64,000 nt of DNA from Thermoanaerobaculia bacterium. GTDB lineage: Bacteria; Acidobacteriota; Thermoanaerobaculia; Multivoradales; JAGPDF01. Of this stretch, positions 9,982 through 18,914 are shown piece after piece. The stretch lies in assembly GCA_031403995.1 (NCBI GenBank), contig JANNGS010000069.1, positions 15,311 through 79,310 of the forward strand, in the 5' to 3' direction. The notes beneath the pieces were generated by a model that had not been told where the DNA came from, did no database searches, and saw only the letters and a program-made list of their open reading frames with translations. The stretch's first letter is position 1; every line of letters starts with the position of its first letter. The position numbers and the translations under genes are program-made.

Positions 9982-12900
9982 ATGTCCGGGAAGGGAAAGG
10001 ACGACATCGCGCGCAACCTCTACATGGGCGGTGGGAAGCCCTACCTGTCGCCGGGAGCGCGCAAGGAGAAGCTCCTCGAGCGCTCCTACGCCCGCACCGC
10101 CGGGCGGGCGCCGCTGCCCTACGCCGAGCTCCGCGCCGCCTCGGCCTTCTCCTTTCTCGACGGCGCCTCGCTGCCCGAGGATCTCGTGGCGCGCGCCGCC
10201 GAGCTCGGCCTGCCGGCGATCGCGCTGGTCGACCGCAACGGCGTGTCGGGAGCACCCCGGTTCTACAAGGCGGCGTGCGCCGCCGGCCTGCGCGCCCTGG
10301 TGGGAGCCGAGGTGCTCCTCGCCGCGCAACCGCAGAGCCGCCTCTCCCTGCTCGTCGAATCGCCCGCCGGCTACAAGAACCTCTGCAAGCTGCTCACGGC
10401 GGCGGCGCGGGGCAAGCCGAAAGGCGCCGCGGCGGCGAGCTGGGAGGAGATCGAGGAGTGGAGCGCCGGATTGCACCTCCTCACCGGTGGCGACGAAGGA
10501 CCGCTCGCGCAGGCGTTGGACAGCAACGGTAGCGGCGCGGACCCGGCCCGGACGGTGCTCGAGCGGCTGGCACATCTCTTCCCCGGGCGCTTGCATGTCG
10601 AATTGCAGCGCCACGGCCGGCGCGAGGAGGAGCACCGCAACCAGGCGCTGGTCGATCTCGCCGCGCGGCTCCGCCTGCCGCTCGTCGCGACCAACGGGGT
10701 GCGCTACGCCCGGAAGGAAGACAAGTCGCTGCACGACGTCCTGACTTCCATTCGACATCACGTGACGCTCGACGCGGCGGGCGCGCGCCTCGCGGCGCAC
10801 CGCGAGCGCCATCTCCTGCCGGCGGCCGAGATGGCCCGCCGCTTCGTCGATCTGCCGGCGGCGGTGACCCACGCCCATGAGCTCGCGCAGCAGCTCGACT
10901 TCACCCTCGCCGATCTCGGCTATCGCTTCCCCGATTTCCCGCTCCCCGCGGACGAGACGCCGTCGTCCTACCTCCGCCAGATCACCTGGAATCATGCCCG
11001 GGCCCGATTCCGTCCGCTCTCGGCGCGCGCCCAGGCACAGCTCGGCAAGGAGCTCGCGATGATCGAGAAGCTCGGCCTCGCCGGCTACTTCCTCATCGTC
11101 TGGGACATCGTCGAGTTCTGCCGTCGCGAAAAAATCCTCTGCCAGGGGCGCGGCTCGGCGGCGAACAGCGCGGTCTGCTACGCCTTGGGCATCACCGCCA
11201 TCGACCCGGTGAAGATGGAGCTGCTGTTCGAGCGCTTCCTCTCCGAGGAGCGCGGCGAGTGGCCCGACATCGATCTCGACCTGCCGTCGGGAGAACCGCG
11301 GGAGAAGGTCATCCAGTACGTCTTCCGTCGGTATGGCAGCGAATCCGGTGGTGGCGGCGCAGCGATGACCGCCAACGTCATCACCTATCGCGACCGTTCG
11401 GCGGCGCGCGAAGTGGCAGGTGCGCTCGGCTACTCGCGCGAGCAGGAGGACCGGCTCGCCAGGCAGCTCGGCCACTTCCGCTACGACCTCGAGCGCGGCG
11501 ACCCCAAGCTCCTCGAGCGCGAGCTCGCGGCCGCCGGTTTCGACCCCGAGGAGCCGCGCAACCGTCTGTTCGCGGTCTACTGGCGGAAGATCCAGAACCT
11601 GCCACGCCACCTCGGGCAGCACTCGGGCGGCATGGTGATCGCGGCCGGCCGGCTCGACGAGATCGTGCCGCTCGAGCCGGCGGCGATGCCGGGGCGCACC
11701 ATCGTGCAGTGGGACAAGGACGATTGCGCCGACCTGGGGATCATCAAGGTCGACCTCCTGGGGCTCGGAATGCTCAACGCGCTCGAGGAGGCGATCCCGA
11801 TCATCCGCGACCACGAGCGCACGAGCGTCGACCTCGCGCATCTGCCGGCCGACGATCCGCAGGTCTACGCCATGCTGCGCGCCGCCGACACGGTCGGCGT
11901 CTTCCAGGTCGAAAGCCGCGCCCAGATGGCCTCGCTGCCGAGGAACGCGCCGACCCGCTTCTACGATCTCGTCATCCAGGTCGCCATCATCCGGCCGGGG
12001 CCGATCACCGGCGGCATGGTGCACCCGTTCTTCGAGCGCCGGCGAGGGCGCGAGCCGGTGACCTACTTCGACCCCTGCCTCGAACCGATCCTCAAGCGCA
12101 CCCTCGGCATTCCGCTCTTCCAGGAGCAGCTCCTGCGCATCGCGATGACGGCGGCCGGCTTCTCCGGCGGCGAAGCCGAGGAGCTGCGGCGCGCGATGGG
12201 CTTCAAGCGCTCGGTCGAGCGCATGGAGGCGATCGAAGCGCGGCTGCGCAGTGGAATGGCGGCGCGTGGCATCACCGGCGCCAATCAGGACCAGATCGTG
12301 CAGTCGATCACCTCGTTCGCGCTCTACGGTTTCCCCGAGTCGCACGCCGCCTCCTTCGCGCTCATCGCCTACGCCTCGGCCTATCTCAAGTGCTACCACC
12401 CGACCGCTTTTCTCATCTCCCTGCTGAACGCCTGGCCGATGGGCTTCTACCACCCGGCCTCGCTGGTCAAGGACGCCCAGCGCCACGGCGTGCGCGTGCT
12501 GCCGGTGGACGTCAACTTCTCGGACTGGCCGTGTCGCTGGGAGGAGCCCGGCACCGAACCCATGCGCGATCCCGCGCCCCTTCCCGCGAAGCCCACGGGG
12601 GCGATCACAGCCGCAGGTGCTTGCCGGATCGGGCTGCGCTACATCTCGGGGTTGCGGCGCGGCACCGGCGAACGGATCGCCGCGGAGCGCCGGGCGGCGC
12701 CTTTCCGGAATGTCGAAGAGCTCCGTCAGCGCGCCGCGTTGCGCGCTGACGAGATGGCCCGGCTCTCGGAGGCCGGGGCGCTCGCCTCCCTCGGGCTCAC
12801 CCGCCGCGAGGCGCTCTGGCAGGCGGCGCTCGCGGTCCGGCCGCAAGGCGAGCTCTTCGAGGCGCGCGGAAAGGAAGCCGCCCCCGAGCCGGCCGTGAGC

Positions 12901-13326
12901 CCCCTGCCGGAGATGTCCGCCTACGAGGAGACCGTGGCCGACTTCACCGGCACCGGCCTCACGGTCGGCGCCCATCCGCTCGCCTATGCGCGCCCGGCGC
13001 TCGCCCGCCAGGGGGTGGTGACGGCGGCCGAGGTGCCCCATCTTCCGGCAGGACAGCGGACACGGATCGCCGGCGCGGTGATCGTCCGTCAACGCCCGGG
13101 CACGGCGAACGGGACCCTCTTCGTCACCCTCGAAGACGAGACCGGGATGGTGCAGGCGATCGTCAAGCGGGCGCTCCTCCTCGCCCACCGCGCGACGATC
13201 GTCGGCAATCCCGGCCTGGTGATCGAAGGGGTCGTCCAGCAGCGCGACGGCAGCGTCTCGCTTCAGGCCGAGAAGTTCTGGCCGCTCTCCGACCTGGTCG
13301 AAACCCCGAGCCACGATTTCCGCTAA
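9982..13326 (+). CDS. dnaE2: Error-prone DNA polymerase DnaE2 (ImuC)
   Basis: YAEL..SAFSFLDGASLPE PHP start, QGRGSAANSAVCY, PDIDLD, PRHLGQHSGG, KVDLLGLGML, YGFPESHAASFA, RQRPGTANG..FVTLEDETG and the C-terminal SHDFR tail. Confidence 0.96.
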   Translation: MSGKGKDDIARNLYMGGGKPYLSPGARKEKLLERSYARTAGRAPLPYAELRAASAFSFLDGASLPEDLVARAAELGLPAIALVDRNGVSGAPRFYKAACAAGLRALVGAEVLLAAQPQSRLSLLVESPAGYKNLCKLLTAAARGKPKGAAAASWEEIEEWSAGLHLLTGGDEGPLAQALDSNGSGADPARTVLERLAHLFPGRLHVELQRHGRREEEHRNQALVDLAARLRLPLVATNGVRYARKEDKSLHDVLTSIRHHVTLDAAGARLAAHRERHLLPAAEMARRFVDLPAAVTHAHELAQQLDFTLADLGYRFPDFPLPADETPSSYLRQITWNHARARFRPLSARAQAQLGKELAMIEKLGLAGYFLIVWDIVEFCRREKILCQGRGSAANSAVCYALGITAIDPVKMELLFERFLSEERGEWPDIDLDLPSGEPREKVIQYVFRRYGSESGGGGAAMTANVITYRDRSAAREVAGALGYSREQEDRLARQLGHFRYDLERGDPKLLERELAAAGFDPEEPRNRLFAVYWRKIQNLPRHLGQHSGGMVIAAGRLDEIVPLEPAAMPGRTIVQWDKDDCADLGIIKVDLLGLGMLNALEEAIPIIRDHERTSVDLAHLPADDPQVYAMLRAADTVGVFQVESRAQMASLPRNAPTRFYDLVIQVAIIRPGPITGGMVHPFFERRRGREPVTYFDPCLEPILKRTLGIPLFQEQLLRIAMTAAGFSGGEAEELRRAMGFKRSVERMEAIEARLRSGMAARGITGANQDQIVQSITSFALYGFPESHAASFALIAYASAYLKCYHPTAFLISLLNAWPMGFYHPASLVKDAQRHGVRVLPVDVNFSDWPCRWEEPGTEPMRDPAPLPAKPTGAITAAGACRIGLRYISGLRRGTGERIAAERRAAPFRNVEELRQRAALRADEMARLSEAGALASLGLTRREALWQAALAVRPQGELFEARGKEAAPEPAVSPLPEMSAYEETVADFTGTGLTVGAHPLAYARPALARQGVVTAAEVPHLPAGQRTRIAGAVIVRQRPGTANGTLFVTLEDETGMVQAIVKRALLLAHRATIVGNPGLVIEGVVQQRDGSVSLQAEKFWPLSDLVETPSHDFR

Positions 13327-13352
13327 CGCCATAGACTCGACCCGGTGACGAA

Positions 13353-13703
13353 GTGAACGACAGCGAACGCGGCTTCACGCTGATCGAGGTCCTGGTCGCG
13401 CTGGCGATCGCCGGCGTGCTCATGCTCTCGGCCGCCGGCCTCTACTGGCAGCAGAAAGAGATCGGCCAACGCCTGGTCGCCCAGCGCGCCGCCGACGAGG
13501 CGCTAGAGAACGCCTACGAGAGCCTGCGCGCAGGCATAACGCCGCTCACCATCACCGGCGGCGGCATCATGATCACCTTCACCATCGACGACGGTCCGGT
13601 TCCGGCGACGAAGGCGCTCGACATCGTCGCCACCTACCGCGTGCACGACAAGCCTTTCCGGCGCTCGCTGCGGGCCCTCGTCCACGTTCCGGTGCTCCCA
13701 TGA
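13353..13703 (+). CDS. Type IV prepilin-like protein (PilV/GspI-like)
   Basis: ERG^FTLIEVLVALAI class III signal peptide. Confidence 0.85.
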   Translation: MNDSERGFTLIEVLVALAIAGVLMLSAAGLYWQQKEIGQRLVAQRAADEALENAYESLRAGITPLTITGGGIMITFTIDDGPVPATKALDIVATYRVHDKPFRRSLRALVHVPVLP

Positions 13704-14251
13704 GTGAGCCGACGCGAGACCGGCGAGGGCATCGCGAGACCGGCTTCACGCTGATCGAGCTCCTGGTTTCGATGCTCGTCATGCTGCTCGTGATGATGGT
13801 CACCAACGGACTGCTCGTCGAGTCGCTGCGCATCTTTTCGAACAGCGGCCGCGAGCTGCGCGAGCCCGGCACCGAGCTCGCCCTGCGGCTGCTGCGCGAG
13901 GATCTCCACGCCGCCGCGCCGCTTCCAGCCGGCATCAGCTGGACGCACACCGGACTCACCTGCCACCGCTCCGGCCGCATCGAGGTCTGGGAGGTGGACG
14001 ACGGTCGCCTCGTCCGGCGCACCTTCGATCCCGACTTGAACCTCCTCGGAACCCGCCCGATACTCGACCACATCATCACCTTCCGGTGGCAGACGATCGC
14101 GAATGGGGTCGTCATGGTCGAACTCGTGCGCACCAAACCGTCCGGCGCCAGTGCGCTGCGCGTCGCGACCGCCGCATGGAAGAGTGTCAGCGAGACGCTC
14201 GAAGCGGCACAGGTCATCGCCGGCAGCCGCATCGAGGGAATCGGCCCGTGA
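13700..14251 (+). CDS. Type IV prepilin-like protein (PilW/GspJ-like)
   Basis: ETG^FTLIELLVSM; LRLLREDL..A; ATGA overlap with the previous gene. Confidence 0.85.
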   Translation: MSEPTRDRRGHRETGFTLIELLVSMLVMLLVMMVTNGLLVESLRIFSNSGRELREPGTELALRLLREDLHAAAPLPAGISWTHTGLTCHRSGRIEVWEVDDGRLVRRTFDPDLNLLGTRPILDHIITFRWQTIANGVVMVELVRTKPSGASALRVATAAWKSVSETLEAAQVIAGSRIEGIGP

Positions 14252-14664
14252 GCTCTGCCCGCGAATCCGAGCGCGGCACAGCCCTCTTGTTCGTGCTTTT
14301 CCTGCTGGTCCTCGCGACAACCTCCGGGTTACTTCTCTCCGTGGCGCTCTCGGTCGACCTGCGCGAACAGAAAGAAGATGCCCGCCGGATGCGTCTTGGC
14401 GCGCTCGTCGACTCGGCGCTCGAGGAGGCGCTGGCGGCGCTCTCGACCAACCCTGACGCCGGCGGCTACGCGGTGCACGAGTTCGGCGGCGGCACGCTCG
14501 AGAGCCGGATCGTCACCCTTCCCGACGGCCGCAAGGAGGCCACGGCGCGGGCGATCTACGCTGGCCTCGAGCGCAGTGTGGTCGCCGAGATCGTCTTCCA
14601 GGGCGGCATGCCCAAGGTCATCACCTGGGTGCCGGGCAGAACCCGGATCGCCGACGGCACGTAA
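14248..14664 (+). CDS. PilX/GspK-like minor pilin lacking Glu5
   Basis: GTG start overlapping the upstream TGA; ERG^TALLFVLFLL and DSALEEALAAL. Confidence 0.72.
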   Translation: MSSARESERGTALLFVLFLLVLATTSGLLLSVALSVDLREQKEDARRMRLGALVDSALEEALAALSTNPDAGGYAVHEFGGGTLESRIVTLPDGRKEATARAIYAGLERSVVAEIVFQGGMPKVITWVPGRTRIADGT

Positions 14665-14672
14665 CTCCTCTC

Positions 14673-16169
14673 ATGGCAACCACCGCAAAGAGTGTCCCGT
14701 GGAGAATCCGACGAGCTGTGCCGGCGGCCATTCTGGCGCTCGCGCTGGTGTCCACCGGAGCGTTCGCGACCGCCGCGCCGCCGGCGTTTCCGCCCTACCT
14801 CGGGACGCTGCCGCCCGGTTCGCTGACCTCGGCGATTTCGACGCTCTCCGATCCGTCCCAGAGCTGGGAGCTCTACTTGCCGCAGAGCTTCAACCCGGCG
14901 CGCAAGTGGCCGGTTCTGATCCTGTTCGACCCCCGCTCGCGCGGGAAAGTCGCGGCGGAGCTTTTTCGCTTGGCCGCCGACGAGTTCGGCTGGATCCTCG
15001 CGAGCTCCGACAACACCATGAGCGACGGGCCGGCCGGGCCCAACGCCCGCGCCATCAACGCGATGATCCCGGACGTCATGAAGCGCCTGCCGGTCGACGA
15101 CGGACGGATCTACGCCGGGGGCTTCTCCGGCGGCGCGGTCCTCGCCTGGACGGTCGGGCTCAAGGGCAACTACCTCGCCGGTGTGATCTCGATCGGCGGC
15201 CGCCCGGCGCCCGAACACCTGGCGCTCGTCCCGAAGTTCGCGCTCTTCGCGGCGGCGGGCGAGGGCGACTTCAACTATCAGGCGACGCGCGAGCTCGACC
15301 AGATAGCCGCCCGGGCCGGAGTTGCGCATCGCCTCGAGTTCTTCCCCGGTCCACATGCCTGGTGCCCGCCGGAGACTGCTCGTCAGGCCGTGCGCTGGAT
15401 GGAGATCCTGGCGATGCGTGACGGCACGGCGCCGCGCGACGCCGCGCGGATCGAGCACACTCTCGCAGAGGAGATGGCCGCCGCCGAGGCCCTGGCCGGC
15501 GCGGGCGACGCCCTCGCCGCCGGCCGCAAATTCACCGAAATCGGCGAGACGTTTGCGGGTATCGGCGCCCAGGAGGCTCTCAGTCGGGCGGCGCTGCGCG
15601 CCGACGAGCTGCTCTCGTCCGCCGCGGCAAGAAGCTCACTCAAGGAAGAAAAGGTCGCCGAAAAGTTCGAGAGTCGAAATCTCCGTCGCATCGGCGAGGC
15701 TGGCGGCAATCTCCGAGCGGCGGAAAGGCAGGTCACCGTCGGTGAGCTCCGTCACCGCCTCGGCGTCGACGAGGCTCTGCGGCGGCGCGCTGCGGGAGGA
15801 CCGGGTGGCGCCGCCGCGGTCCGGGCTCTGGCGGCGATCCAGGTCCAGCTCGGCTTCTATCTGGCGCAAGAGCTCTTCGCGGCGAACGACTATCGCAGAG
15901 CGGTGCCGGGCCTACTGCTGGCAACCGAGATCTTCCCCGAGGACAGTTTCATGCTCTACAACCTCGCCTGCGCCCAGGCGCGCTCGGGGCAGCCGGATGC
16001 CGCCCTTGCCAGCCTCCGCAAGGCGCTCGAGCACGGCCTCCGGCAGCCGCTGCAGATGGCGACCGACGCCGATCTCGCCTCGCTGCGCGACCGGCCGGAG
16101 TTCGCCCGGCTCCTCGAGCGGGCGCGGGAGCTCGACGCCGGAAAAGCTCCCGCTCCTGCGCCGGAATGA
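14673..16169 (+). CDS. Secreted alpha/beta-hydrolase (esterase-like) with C-terminal TPR
   Basis: Signal peptide; YLPQSF..WPVLILFDP; GGFSGGA nucleophile elbow; FPGPH; YNLACAQA...DADLASLR TPR end. Confidence 0.78.
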   Translation: MATTAKSVPWRIRRAVPAAILALALVSTGAFATAAPPAFPPYLGTLPPGSLTSAISTLSDPSQSWELYLPQSFNPARKWPVLILFDPRSRGKVAAELFRLAADEFGWILASSDNTMSDGPAGPNARAINAMIPDVMKRLPVDDGRIYAGGFSGGAVLAWTVGLKGNYLAGVISIGGRPAPEHLALVPKFALFAAAGEGDFNYQATRELDQIAARAGVAHRLEFFPGPHAWCPPETARQAVRWMEILAMRDGTAPRDAARIEHTLAEEMAAAEALAGAGDALAAGRKFTEIGETFAGIGAQEALSRAALRADELLSSAAARSSLKEEKVAEKFESRNLRRIGEAGGNLRAAERQVTVGELRHRLGVDEALRRRAAGGPGGAAAVRALAAIQVQLGFYLAQELFAANDYRRAVPGLLLATEIFPEDSFMLYNLACAQARSGQPDAALASLRKALEHGLRQPLQMATDADLASLRDRPEFARLLERARELDAGKAPAPAPE

Positions 16170-16212
16170 CCCCAGGCGAAGGAGCCCAAAACTGCGTTCG
16201 TCGCGCGAAAGA

Positions 16213-16254
16213 ATGACCGCCGTCATGCCGGAGCCGCGGCCGTTCGGCTAAACT
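16213..16254 (+). promoter_or_regulatory. FNR/CRP-family box plus -10 element of the nrfHA promoter
   Basis: Perfect palindrome ATGAC-cgcc-GTCAT at 16213-16226; TAAACT at 16249-16254; ATG at 16262. The box centre is about 42 nt upstream of the inferred start site. Confidence 0.7.
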
Positions 16255-16261
16255 TGTCGCG

Positions 16262-16720
16262 ATGAGTCGAATGAACCGAGGCGTCATCGGCGCGGGCCTT
16301 TTGTGCGGACTCGCGGCAGGCGTGGGCCTCTACACCTTCGCCTACGCCCGCGGCGCCTCCTATATGACCGACGACCCGCGCGCCTGCGCCAACTGCCACG
16401 TCATGGAAGAGCAGTACTCCGGCTGGAGCCGTTCGAGCCACCGCTCGGTCGCGGTCTGCAACGACTGCCACACTCCGCCGGGCTTCCTTCCCAAGTATGC
16501 GACCAAAGCCCTGAACGGATTCAACCACTCCCTCGCCTTCACTACGGGTCGTTTTCCCGACCCGATACACATCACGCAGCGCAACCGCCGGGTCACCCAG
16601 AGCTCGTGCAGCAAGTGCCATGCGGCCATCGTCGAAGCCATCGACGCCAGTTCCGCCCACACCGGCGGGGAGCGCCTCGACTGCCTCGCCTGCCATCGCG
16701 ACGTCGGACATCTTCACTAG
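16262..16720 (+). CDS. nrfH: Cytochrome c nitrite reductase small subunit NrfH
   Basis: N-terminal TM helix, SYMTDDPRACANCHVM and four CxxCH motifs; directly upstream of nrfA. Confidence 0.93.
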   Translation: MSRMNRGVIGAGLLCGLAAGVGLYTFAYARGASYMTDDPRACANCHVMEEQYSGWSRSSHRSVAVCNDCHTPPGFLPKYATKALNGFNHSLAFTTGRFPDPIHITQRNRRVTQSSCSKCHAAIVEAIDASSAHTGGERLDCLACHRDVGHLH

Positions 16721-16738
16721 CCGCCGTCCGGTCACGAA

Positions 16739-16783
16739 GAGCACCCTGTACACCTTGAGAGACCTGAGCACCTTGAACACGAG
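16739..16783 (+). repeat. Degenerate 9-bp tandem repeat (5 units) in the nrfH-nrfA spacer
   Basis: gagcaccct/gtacacctt/gagagacct/gagcacctt/gaacacgag. Confidence 0.45.
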
Positions 16784-16792
16784 GAGATCGCC

Positions 16793-18217
16793 ATGAACGA
16801 CCGGCAGAGAAACGAATCCACGGTCACCGTCCGCCGCGGAAGATTCCTTCTGCTGACCGCCGTCGCCGCCGTCGCCGGCGCGGTCGTCACCGGCCTGCTG
16901 GTGAACATCTTCGAGCACAAGCAGGAGGCGAAGGACCCCTTCTTCCGCGTCGTCGAGATCACCGACGAGACCCAAGACCCGGCGGTCTGGGGCAAGAATT
17001 TCCCCGTGCAGTTCGACAGCTACCTGCGGACAGTCGACCAGGTGCGCACCCGCTTCGGCGGCAGCGAGGCGGTCCCGCGCACGCCGACCGCCGCAGATCC
17101 CCGCTCCGTCGTCGCCCAGTCGCGAATCGAAGAGGATCCGCGCCTCAAAACGATATGGAACGGCTACGCCTTCGCGGTCGACTTCCGCGAAGAGCGCGGT
17201 CACGCCTACATGCTCGACGACCAGACGTTCACCGAGCGCCAGCAGGTCGTCAAGCAGCCCGGTACCTGCATGCACTGCCACGGCTCGGTCTACCTGCCGT
17301 ACAAGAAACTCGGCGGCGGCGACCTCATCAAGGGCTTCGAGCTCATGAATCAGATGCCCTACACCGAGGCGCGCAAGCTCATCTCGCATCCGGTCGCCTG
17401 CATCGACTGCCATGATCCGGCGACGATGCAGCTGCGCATCACGCGCCCCGGCTTCCTCGAAGGTATCCGCGCCCTGAAGGCCTCAGAGGGAGTGCCCGAC
17501 TACGACCCCAACCAGAGCGCGACGCGCCAGGAGATGCGCAGCTACGTCTGCGGCCAGTGCCACGTCGAGTACTACTTCAAGGGGCCCGAGAAGCGCCTGG
17601 TCTACCCCTGGGCAAACGGCATCAAGGTCGAGCAGATCCAGGCCTACTACGACGAGCTGGGCTACAAGGACTGGACGCACAAGACCTCAGGCGCGCCGGC
17701 GCTCAAGGCGCAGCACCCCGAATTCGAAATGTGGAGCCAGGGAATTCACGCGCGCTCCGGCGTCGCCTGCGCCGATTGCCACATGCCCTACGAGCGCGTC
17801 GGCGCCCAGAAAGTCTCGGATCATCACGTGCGCAGTCCCCTGCTGAACATCAACAAAGCCTGCCAGACCTGCCATCGCTGGCCGGAGGAGGAGCTGCGGG
17901 CGCGCGTCGAGACGATTCAGGAGCGCACACAGCTGCTGCGCAACCAGGCGATGGACGCCCTCGTCGCGCTGATTTCGGATCTCGAGAAAGCGGTGGCCTC
18001 CGGCCGCGGCGACGAAGAGCTGGCGCTCGCCAGAAAACTCCAACGGCAAGCGCAGTTCCGGCTCGATTTCGTCGAAGCCGAGAACTCGACCGGCTTCCAC
18101 GCACCCGGCGAAGCGGCACGGATCCTGGCCGAGTCGATCAATCTGTCGCGAGAGGGGCAGCTCGCCGTTCGGGATTCAGGCTATGCACCCGACTTCGTCA
18201 ACGTGATGGCGCGGTAG
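16793..18217 (+). CDS. nrfA: Ammonia-forming cytochrome c nitrite reductase NrfA (heme-1 CxxCH variant)
   Basis: WNGYAF..DFREERGH; five heme motifs CMHCH, CIDCH, CGQCHVEYYF, CADCHMP and CQTCH; KAQHPEFE; ENSTGFHAP. Confidence 0.95.
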   Translation: MNDRQRNESTVTVRRGRFLLLTAVAAVAGAVVTGLLVNIFEHKQEAKDPFFRVVEITDETQDPAVWGKNFPVQFDSYLRTVDQVRTRFGGSEAVPRTPTAADPRSVVAQSRIEEDPRLKTIWNGYAFAVDFREERGHAYMLDDQTFTERQQVVKQPGTCMHCHGSVYLPYKKLGGGDLIKGFELMNQMPYTEARKLISHPVACIDCHDPATMQLRITRPGFLEGIRALKASEGVPDYDPNQSATRQEMRSYVCGQCHVEYYFKGPEKRLVYPWANGIKVEQIQAYYDELGYKDWTHKTSGAPALKAQHPEFEMWSQGIHARSGVACADCHMPYERVGAQKVSDHHVRSPLLNINKACQTCHRWPEEELRARVETIQERTQLLRNQAMDALVALISDLEKAVASGRGDEELALARKLQRQAQFRLDFVEAENSTGFHAPGEAARILAESINLSREGQLAVRDSGYAPDFVNVMAR

Positions 18218-18233
18218 CCTGGCCGCGAAGAGC

Positions 18234-18872
18234 TCACAAGAAGTAGGGCGGCAGATCCAGACCTCTCCGCACGAGGCGCACCAGCTCGGAAGCGGCGATG
18301 ACGCCGAGAAGGAGGATCGCCAGCACGGCAATTTCGCGCCGCGGACGGACGAGGCGAAACGGCATCGTCGCCGGCTGCAGTCGCCCCCGGACGCGCGGAA
18401 AAAACGCCCGCGACCGGAGGCAGTAATTCTGCCAGGCGTCGCCGAACTGGGACGCCAGCAGCCGCTCCTCGGCGCGAATGACGGGCAGATAGAGAATCAG
18501 GAATGCAGCGATGGCGCAGGCGGTGGCGCTCCAGGATCCGGACATGAGGCAGAACCCGAGCAGGATCAAGAGGGACCCGAGGTAGAGCGGATGGCGCACG
18601 CTGTTGTAGGCGCCCCAGCACACCAGCATTCTCTTCTTGTTGGCGCCGATGCATCCGAGTGCCCACAGGCGCAGCCCCACACCGGCTGCGAGCAGGAGGG
18701 CTCCCGGGATTCGCGTCGCGTACTGCAGTCCCTCGGAGGAAGCCGAGAAGAGGACCAGGAAGAGCAGCACCGGAATCATCAAGAACGATCCCGCGAGACG
18801 CAGCCGGTTGAGCCGCTTGATCTCGAGACCGAGGTCCGGACTTCGGCTGACCATCGTGGAAAGCGACTTCAT
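18234..18872 (-). CDS. Isoprenylcysteine carboxylmethyltransferase/PEMT-family membrane protein
   Basis: GAYNSVRHPLYLG and EERLL..QFG.AWQNY motifs. Confidence 0.85.
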   Translation of the reverse strand: MKSLSTMVSRSPDLGLEIKRLNRLRLAGSFLMIPVLLFLVLFSASSEGLQYATRIPGALLLAAGVGLRLWALGCIGANKKRMLVCWGAYNSVRHPLYLGSLLILLGFCLMSGSWSATACAIAAFLILYLPVIRAEERLLASQFGDAWQNYCLRSRAFFPRVRGRLQPATMPFRLVRPRREIAVLAILLLGVIAASELVRLVRRGLDLPPYFL

Positions 18873-18914
18873 CGCTGAAGCGACACTCTAGACCACAGGA
18901 ACGACTCCGGCCAA

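Noticed and set aside
9964-13332. 1122-aa antisense ORF over dnaE2, and similar long shadow ORFs (5008-7314, 35046-37874, 38827-41553, 55707-58241)
   Set aside because: These are mirror-frame ORFs expected from high GC3 codon bias. They have no recognisable motifs and fully overlap well-supported genes.
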